Of a stretch of 64,000 bases of DNA, positions 58,330 through 64,000 are shown in pieces. The stretch is from Alphaproteobacteria bacterium. GTDB taxonomy: Bacteria > Pseudomonadota > Alphaproteobacteria > Rickettsiales > JABIRX01. Below the pieces are notes generated by a model that searched no databases, was not told the DNA's origin, and worked only from the letters and a program-made list of their open reading frames with translations. Within the stretch, counting starts at the first letter, position 1; the number at the start of each line of letters is the position of its first letter. The position numbers and the translations under genes were made by a program. The stretch spans positions 1,803 through 65,802 of the forward strand of contig JABIRX010000042.1 of the NCBI GenBank assembly GCA_018667735.1, written 5' to 3'.

Positions 58330-60702
58330 ATGAAATTTACCCTAAGCTGGCTTAAAGAACATTTAGATACTAATGCTTCAATAGAAGAGATTAGCAAAAC
58401 ATTAACAGAAATAGGTCTAGAAGTAGAATCTATAGAAAATAAAGCGGAGAAGTTAGAGCCTTTTAAAGCGGTAGAGGTTATAGATGTTAGAAAGCATCCA
58501 GATGCAGATAAGTTGAATATTTGCAAAATAAAGACAGAAAAAGAGATTTTTGAATTAGTTTGTGGTGCACCAAATGTGAGGGCGGGAATAAAAGCAGTTT
58601 TAGCACCTTTAGGTAGTGTTATTCCAGCTAACCAAATGAAAGTAAAAAAAGTTAAAATAAGGGGCATAGAGTCAATAGGAATGCTTTGCTCAGCTAAAGA
58701 GCTAGCTATAGGAGATGAGCAAGATGGTATCATAGAGCTAGCAGCGAACACTCAAGTTGGTGAGAAAATATCATCTATTTTAGGTCTGGATGATCCTATA
58801 ATCGAAATAGCTATAACTCCAAATAGGGGTGACTGTCTTGGTGTTTACGGCGTTGCTAGAGATTTAGCTGCGGCTAAAATAGGCGTGTTAAAAGCAACAG
58901 AAGTACCGCAGCTAGAATTTGTTTCGCAAAAAAATTATTCTGCAAATAGTGATAGCTCTTTTTGTAGGCAACTAGATTTTGTTGAGCTGAAAAATGTAGT
59001 AAATAAAGAGTCACCAGAATGGTTAAGAAAAAGATTAGAGGCCCTAGGCTTGCAACCTAAAAATGCAGTAATTGATGCTACTAATTACATGTTATATAAT
59101 TATGGCCAGCCTTTACATGCGTATGATGCAGACAAACTAGAAGGCTCTACTATAGCTGCAAGCTTAACAAAGAAAAAAGAGACTTTTTTAGCGCTTAATG
59201 ACAAAGAGTATGTTTTACCAGAAGGGTCTTTGACCATCAAGGATGAAGGCAAAATAATAGCTTTAGCTGGTATTATTGGAGCTAAAAACACAGCTACAGA
59301 GCTAAGTACTACAAATATATTGCTAGAAGCCGCTAATTTTAATGCAAACAAAATAGCAGAAATTGGTAGGGTTTTGCAAATTGACACAGACTCAAGATAT
59401 AGGTTTGAGCGTGAAACAGACCAGTCTGCTATTAATACTATACTTAAAAAAACCGCCAAACTAATCTTAGATATTTGTGGAGGGGGGGTTTGTTCTATGG
59501 CCTCTCATGTTAGCGAGGATGTTAAGCTAAACAAAGCTAACCTTAGGTTTGCGGAGTTTAACAATGCGGCTTCATATAAGTTAAGCCCAGAGAAAATAAA
59601 AGAGGTTTTGATAAGTCTTGGTTTTAATGTTTCACGTGAAACATTAGAAGAGGTTGAGGTTTTAATACCGGCTTGGCGTAATGATGTGAGGCTGGAGGTA
59701 GATTTAATAGAGGAGGTTTTAAGGATAGTCGGTTTCTCTCAGATACCAGCAGAGCCGATAAGCCTTATAAATAAAGTGGAAGAAAATAATTTAGATATAG
59801 AGTCAGAGTTAAGTCATAAGAAGCTTTTAGCAAGCTTAGGTTTAAATGAAGTCATAAGCTGGTCTTTTTATAGCAAACAAGATGATGGCTTGTTTGGTTT
59901 TCAAAGCGATTTAGAGCTGGTAAACCCCATCAGCGAAGATCTGTCTGTAATGAGAAGTTCTTTAGTGCCAAATTTAGTTAGTTTAGCAGTTAAAGAGCAA
60001 AATAAAGGAGGGGATAGCATAGCTGTTTTTGAGTATGGCCGAATTTTTCATGGGAAAGATCAAGATAGTCAGCATAATTCACTATCTGTTTTGAGGTTAG
60101 GCAGCAGGTTTAGTAAGGAGGTTAATAATGATTCAAGAGATTATGATGTCTTTGATGTAAAGGCGGACATATTACGAGTGCTTGAAGAAATGGGGTTTAA
60201 TGTAAATAGGTTGGAATATCGAAGCACAGATCTGCCGTCATATTTTCACCAAAACAGAGCCGCAAAGCTATATCTTGGTAAAAATTATTTAGGATGTTTT
60301 GGGGAGCTTCATCCGGCTATAGCGCACAAGCTTGGCATAAAGGGCCGGCTTAATATAGCGGAGTTATTTCTTGCTAATTTTCCTAAATTAAAAAAGAAAA
60401 ATCCAGTTTTTGAAAATTATAATTTGCAAGCTATAAACAGAGATTTCTGTTTTATTGTAGATAAAAAGCTTGAAGCTGCGGCTCTTAAAAAAGAGCTTTT
60501 AAAGTCAGATCAACAATTAGTAAAAGAGGTTAGAATTTTTGATCTTTACGAAGGTGAAAGCTTGCCAGATGGTAAAAAGTCAATAGCATTAACAGCTAAA
60601 TTACAGCCTAAGGATAGAGCTTTGACAGGTGAAGAGTTAGAGCTTTTTAACAAGTTGGTAATAGAGAATTTTGCAAAAAAATTCGAAGCAAAGCTACCTT
60701 AA
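58330..60702 (+). CDS. pheT: Phenylalanine--tRNA ligase beta subunit
   Basis: 790 aa. MKFTLSWLKEHLDT, an OB tRNA-binding domain, and B3/4, B5 and C-terminal FDX-ACB domains. Confidence 0.96.
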   Translation: MKFTLSWLKEHLDTNASIEEISKTLTEIGLEVESIENKAEKLEPFKAVEVIDVRKHPDADKLNICKIKTEKEIFELVCGAPNVRAGIKAVLAPLGSVIPANQMKVKKVKIRGIESIGMLCSAKELAIGDEQDGIIELAANTQVGEKISSILGLDDPIIEIAITPNRGDCLGVYGVARDLAAAKIGVLKATEVPQLEFVSQKNYSANSDSSFCRQLDFVELKNVVNKESPEWLRKRLEALGLQPKNAVIDATNYMLYNYGQPLHAYDADKLEGSTIAASLTKKKETFLALNDKEYVLPEGSLTIKDEGKIIALAGIIGAKNTATELSTTNILLEAANFNANKIAEIGRVLQIDTDSRYRFERETDQSAINTILKKTAKLILDICGGGVCSMASHVSEDVKLNKANLRFAEFNNAASYKLSPEKIKEVLISLGFNVSRETLEEVEVLIPAWRNDVRLEVDLIEEVLRIVGFSQIPAEPISLINKVEENNLDIESELSHKKLLASLGLNEVISWSFYSKQDDGLFGFQSDLELVNPISEDLSVMRSSLVPNLVSLAVKEQNKGGDSIAVFEYGRIFHGKDQDSQHNSLSVLRLGSRFSKEVNNDSRDYDVFDVKADILRVLEEMGFNVNRLEYRSTDLPSYFHQNRAAKLYLGKNYLGCFGELHPAIAHKLGIKGRLNIAELFLANFPKLKKKNPVFENYNLQAINRDFCFIVDKKLEAAALKKELLKSDQQLVKEVRIFDLYEGESLPDGKKSIALTAKLQPKDRALTGEELELFNKLVIENFAKKFEAKLP

Positions 60703-60719
60703 ATAAAAAATCGTTAATT

Positions 60720-61187
60720 TTAGTTCTTTCTAAAATCTAGGAAGGCTTGCAAAATAAAGCAGGCTGAATATTTGTCGTTATTTTGTCCCTTAAATTCTTT
60801 ATGCTGCATTAGCCTTTCTGCTGCTCTAGAACTAAATCTTTCATCCCAAAAAAATATATCCTGAGTGAAGTTTTGGCTTAAAATGTTAGCAAAGCTTTTT
60901 ACTTGTTGGGCAATGGCTTGCTGCTCGTTATTTAACTCTTTGGGAAGTCCTATTACAATGGCATTAATGTTGTTATTTAGAACTTCGCTGCTAATAAACT
61001 CTAAATCTGTTTTTAACTCTCTTCGCTGGTAGTTGGCATAAGGAGTGGCTATAGTTAAGCTTTGATCAGATAGAGCTAGGCCAAATTTTCTGGTGCCATA
61101 ATCAATAGCTATTATTTTTTGGTTGTTATATTTACGTTCTTTTGCTAGAGAAATCTTCTTAATTATTGGCATTTTCAAATTTTTCAC
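60720..61187 (-). CDS. ruvX: YqgF/RuvX family putative pre-16S rRNA nuclease / Holliday junction resolvase-like
   Basis: 155 aa. IIAIDYGTRKFGLALSD, IVIGLP and DERFSS motifs. Confidence 0.9.
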   Translation of the reverse strand: MKNLKMPIIKKISLAKERKYNNQKIIAIDYGTRKFGLALSDQSLTIATPYANYQRRELKTDLEFISSEVLNNNINAIVIGLPKELNNEQQAIAQQVKSFANILSQNFTQDIFFWDERFSSRAAERLMQHKEFKGQNNDKYSACFILQAFLDFRKN

Positions 61188-61224
61188 TATGATAATATCC
61201 TAACTTTATAATTCCAATAAGAAT

Positions 61225-62763
61225 ATGACAAAAATTAGCAGAGCCCTGATATCTGTTTCAGACAAAAGAAACATTGAGAAAATAGTTGCTTATTTAAACC
61301 AGAATAAAATAGAAATAATTTCAACAGGGGGCACCTACAAAAAGATAAAAGAGAGCTCAGAGAATGTTTTAGAAATATCAGAATATACTAATTTTCCAGA
61401 GATTATGAATGGCCGTGTAAAAACCTTAAATCCTTTAATTCATGGAGGTGTATTGGCTGACAGAGATAATGAGCAGCATAAAAAAGATATGAATAAACAT
61501 GAAATTAAACCAATTGATTTGGTTATTGTAAATTTATACCCGTTTGAAGAGGTGGTTTTGGCTGGAGCTGATTATAAAACTGCAATAGAAAACATAGATG
61601 TGGGGGGGCCAACCATGATAAGAGCGGCGGCTAAAAATCATCAACATGTTGTGGTTGTAACCGACCCAAGTGATTATGATGAGTTGATAAAAGAGCTGGA
61701 ATCTAATGATAATCAAACAAGTCTAAGTTTTAGAAAAAAAATGGCGATAAAAGCTTTCGCAAAAACCGCAAAATATGACCATGCTATCCATAACTGGTTT
61801 GTAGCTGGTGAAGATGAGTTAAATTTGAGCGCCAAATTAAAGCAAGAGTTAAGATATGGCGAAAACCCACACCAAAAAGCAAAATTATATCAAATATCAG
61901 CAACTGGTATATTAGCAGCTGAGCAAATACAGGGCAAAGAGCTTAGCTTTAATAATATTAAAGATGCAGATAGTGCTTATAATTTAATAAAAGAGTTTAA
62001 CAAGCCGGCTGTAGCGGTAATAAAGCATGCAAACCCATGTGGAGTAGCGTCAGCAGATGCTATAGAGGAGGCCTTTAAAAAAGCATTATCATGTGATCCA
62101 ACAAGTAGTTTTGGAGGTATTATAGCTTTAAATAGAAGCTTGGATAAAGAGTTGGCACTGTTAATTAAAGCTAGCTTTTATGAGGTTGTTATTACACCTG
62201 AAATATCGATGGAAGCTAAAGATATTTTGGCTGCTAAAAAGAATATGAGAATATTAATAACGGGCTCTGAGCAAAAATTAGCATCTAAACAAATATCTTC
62301 TATTGAAGGTGGAATTTTAGTACAGGATGCGGATAGCAAAGAGGTGTTAGAAGCTGATTTAGAGGTGGTTTCCAAAAGAAAGCCGAGTAAGTCAGAGTTA
62401 GATAATATGCTTTTTGCCTTTAAAGCTGTAAAACATGTGCGGTCTAATGCGGTGCTTTTTGCTAAAAATCAAATGACTGTAGCTATTGGGGCTGGTCAAA
62501 TGAGTAGAGTAGACTCGGTTAGGGTTGCGAGTTTAAAGCTAGAAGACTTTAGCAAAAACAATAAAAGCTTTGATTTTAATGAGTTGGTTCTTGCGTCGGA
62601 TGCTTTTTTCCCTTTTTCAGATGGATTAGAGCTTGCGGCAAAAGCTGGTGCTAAAGCTATAATACAGCCAGGAGGGTCGATAAGAGATCAAGAAGTTATA
62701 GCAAAGGCAGATGAGTTAGGTCTTGCGCTTGTTTTTACCAAAACTAGACATTTTAAGCATTAA
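61225..62763 (+). CDS. purH: Bifunctional AICAR transformylase / IMP cyclohydrolase
   Basis: 512 aa. ALISVSDK (MGS-like IMPCH domain), KHANPCG and C-terminal FTKTRHFKH. Confidence 0.96.
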   Translation: MTKISRALISVSDKRNIEKIVAYLNQNKIEIISTGGTYKKIKESSENVLEISEYTNFPEIMNGRVKTLNPLIHGGVLADRDNEQHKKDMNKHEIKPIDLVIVNLYPFEEVVLAGADYKTAIENIDVGGPTMIRAAAKNHQHVVVVTDPSDYDELIKELESNDNQTSLSFRKKMAIKAFAKTAKYDHAIHNWFVAGEDELNLSAKLKQELRYGENPHQKAKLYQISATGILAAEQIQGKELSFNNIKDADSAYNLIKEFNKPAVAVIKHANPCGVASADAIEEAFKKALSCDPTSSFGGIIALNRSLDKELALLIKASFYEVVITPEISMEAKDILAAKKNMRILITGSEQKLASKQISSIEGGILVQDADSKEVLEADLEVVSKRKPSKSELDNMLFAFKAVKHVRSNAVLFAKNQMTVAIGAGQMSRVDSVRVASLKLEDFSKNNKSFDFNELVLASDAFFPFSDGLELAAKAGAKAIIQPGGSIRDQEVIAKADELGLALVFTKTRHFKH

Positions 62764-62829
62764 TTAAGCCTGAAATTTTTGTATATGTAAAGCTGCTAAC
62801 TTTGTGTAAGCTGATATTATCATTTATGA

Positions 62830-62981
62830 TTTTTACGGTTAGTTCTGTTTTGCATGATTTAGAGTGGGGCCCACACTATCTTTTGACGAGAGGAAGGGCT
62901 GCATTTTGTTTTAGAAATAAGCCGCTTGAAGGCTTTTGCATTTTAATAAAATAACAAACTCTGTTAGTTGTTAGGAGGAGT
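62830..62981 (-). repeat. Third, heavily degraded tandem copy of the tmk 3'-end unit
   Basis: tctgttttgcatgatttagag...cttttgacgagag...gttttagaaataagccgcttgaaggcttttgcatttt aligns with units B and A but carries deletions and many substitutions. Confidence 0.6.
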
Positions 62982-63239
62982 TTTTAAGCGTTAATTAAGC
63001 TCTCAATTTCTGTTTTAATTATTTTGCTAACTTTATTTAAGTTAATACTAGCTTCAATGACTTTTGTAGCTGGGTCATGTTTTGCATGATTTAAGAAGCT
63101 TGAGCGAACCTTTTGATGAAAGCTAAGGGTAAATCCCAAATCTTTCATCTGCTTCATTTCGTTTTAAAATAAGTTGCTTAAAAGCTTTTGCCTTTTAATT
63201 AAACTAAATAGTAAGCGCTGTTTTAGGTGGTAGGAGTTC
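62982..63239 (-). repeat. 258-bp tandem duplicate of the tmk 3' end (about 187 bp of coding sequence) plus downstream spacer; non-functional gene fragment
   Basis: 62982-63168 aligns base-for-base with 63240-63427, for example in ttaagcgttaattaagctctcaatttctgttttaattatttt and gggtcatgttttgcatgatttaagaagcttgagcg. By eye there are about 10% mismatches and small indels. Confidence 0.85.
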
Positions 63240-63872
63240 TTAAGCGTTAATTAAGCTCTCAATTTCTGTTTTAATTATTTTACTAACTTGATTTAAGTTA
63301 ATACTAGCGTCAATGACTCTTATAGCTGGGTCATGTTTTGCATGATTTAAGAAGCTTGAGCGGATCTTTTGATGAAAGCTAAGGCCAAATTTTTCAAATC
63401 TTTCATCTTCTTCATTTCGCTTTAAAATGCGTTTTTGAGCAATCTTCACATCTAAATCAAGCAAAATGGTAAGGTCTGCCTTAAAATTTTGTAAAAAGAT
63501 ATTGTTGAAATTATCAATTAGCTCAGGAGCTAGGCCTCTAGCTGCCCCCTGATATACATAGCTTGAGAGGTTGAAACGATCTGAAATGACATTTTTTCCT
63601 TCATTTAGAGCGGGCAAAATCACTTTATGTATATGCTCAAAACGCGCAGCATAAATTAAAGCTAATTCTGTTTCTGGTAGAATCTTATCTGCAGCTCCTT
63701 TTACAATGATATCCCTAATTTGGTTGGCAATTTCGGTGCCACCGGGCTCTCTGGTAAAAATAAAATTTTTATTTTTATAAAGCTTTTTTAAGACGCTTAT
63801 TTGGGATGATTTTCCGCAGGCCTCTCCCCCTTCTAGAACGATAAACTTGCCCTTGCTAATATGTTTTTTCAT
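63240..63872 (-). CDS. tmk: Thymidylate kinase
   Basis: MKKHISKGKFIVLEGGEACGKSSQ (P-loop), REPGGT and the DRF motif. The ATG at 63872 is preferred over the track's longer ORF (to 63962). Confidence 0.92.
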   Translation of the reverse strand: MKKHISKGKFIVLEGGEACGKSSQISVLKKLYKNKNFIFTREPGGTEIANQIRDIIVKGAADKILPETELALIYAARFEHIHKVILPALNEGKNVISDRFNLSSYVYQGAARGLAPELIDNFNNIFLQNFKADLTILLDLDVKIAQKRILKRNEEDERFEKFGLSFHQKIRSSFLNHAKHDPAIRVIDASINLNQVSKIIKTEIESLINA

Positions 63873-64000
63873 AGCTATATTGTGATTGTAAATTATATTA
63901 TTATGACAATGTTTAAAAAAAAACAAGGATTTATAACTAAGCATGTTATTTCTCCTGCTCAACCTTTAATAAGAATAGCTAAATCCTTCAAAGGTTTAGT

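Noticed and set aside
58251-58751. 166-aa minus-strand ORF spanning the ispG start and the pheT 5' region.
   Set aside because: It is antisense to the strongly supported pheT N-terminus (MKFTLSWLKEHL..). The sequence is Ser/Leu/Phe-rich with no motifs, so it is a shadow ORF.

Overview
This is an AT-rich, very gene-dense chromosomal segment with about 66 protein genes and one tRNA-Arg(ACG). I saw no rRNA, IS or transposase, integrase, prophage or CRISPR array. The gene order is typical of Alphaproteobacteria: rpmF-plsX-fabH-ihfA-merR, era-rnc-lepB, ssb divergent from uvrA, and hemE divergent from a DUF299/PDRP...aroE block. Several features point to a compact, probably host-associated lineage, which is inference only. 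These are a frameshifted ankyrin-repeat pseudogene, a TpsB transporter, a lipidated subtilase autotransporter, and convergent genes sharing 4-nt TTAA/TTAG stop overlaps. Much biosynthesis is nevertheless retained (carAB, argDF, panB, nadC, DAHP synthase/pheA/aroE, ribH/ribF, hemE, ispG, purH, gshB). Most of the window is ordinary housekeeping. The observations worth a second look are:

- **Candidate replication origin:** the hemE/DUF299 intergenic region (51905-52143) carries phased TTAA-N7-TTAA sites and duplicated DnaA-box-like nonamers.
- **Same-strand accessory cluster (43.5-47.9 kb):** a NalP/SphB1-like lipoprotein subtilase autotransporter, a fused retropepsin-like (PF05618) + RimK ATP-grasp ligase, and an inverted-architecture XRE-HTH + receiver response regulator.
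- **Tandem tmk duplications:** decaying 258-bp copies of the tmk 3' end fill the purH-tmk spacer.
- **N/Q/Y-rich lipoprotein:** it is built from 57/45-bp repeats.
- **Decayed segment next to tRNA-Arg:** this includes the ankyrin pseudogene.
- **Unannotated lipoprotein ORF:** a 45-codon ORF overlaps the lspA stop codon.
- **Orphan pilin-like gene:** no pilus or secretion machinery lies nearby.

I found no clear-cut, self-evidently novel multi-gene system. The cluster hypothesis is explicitly speculative.
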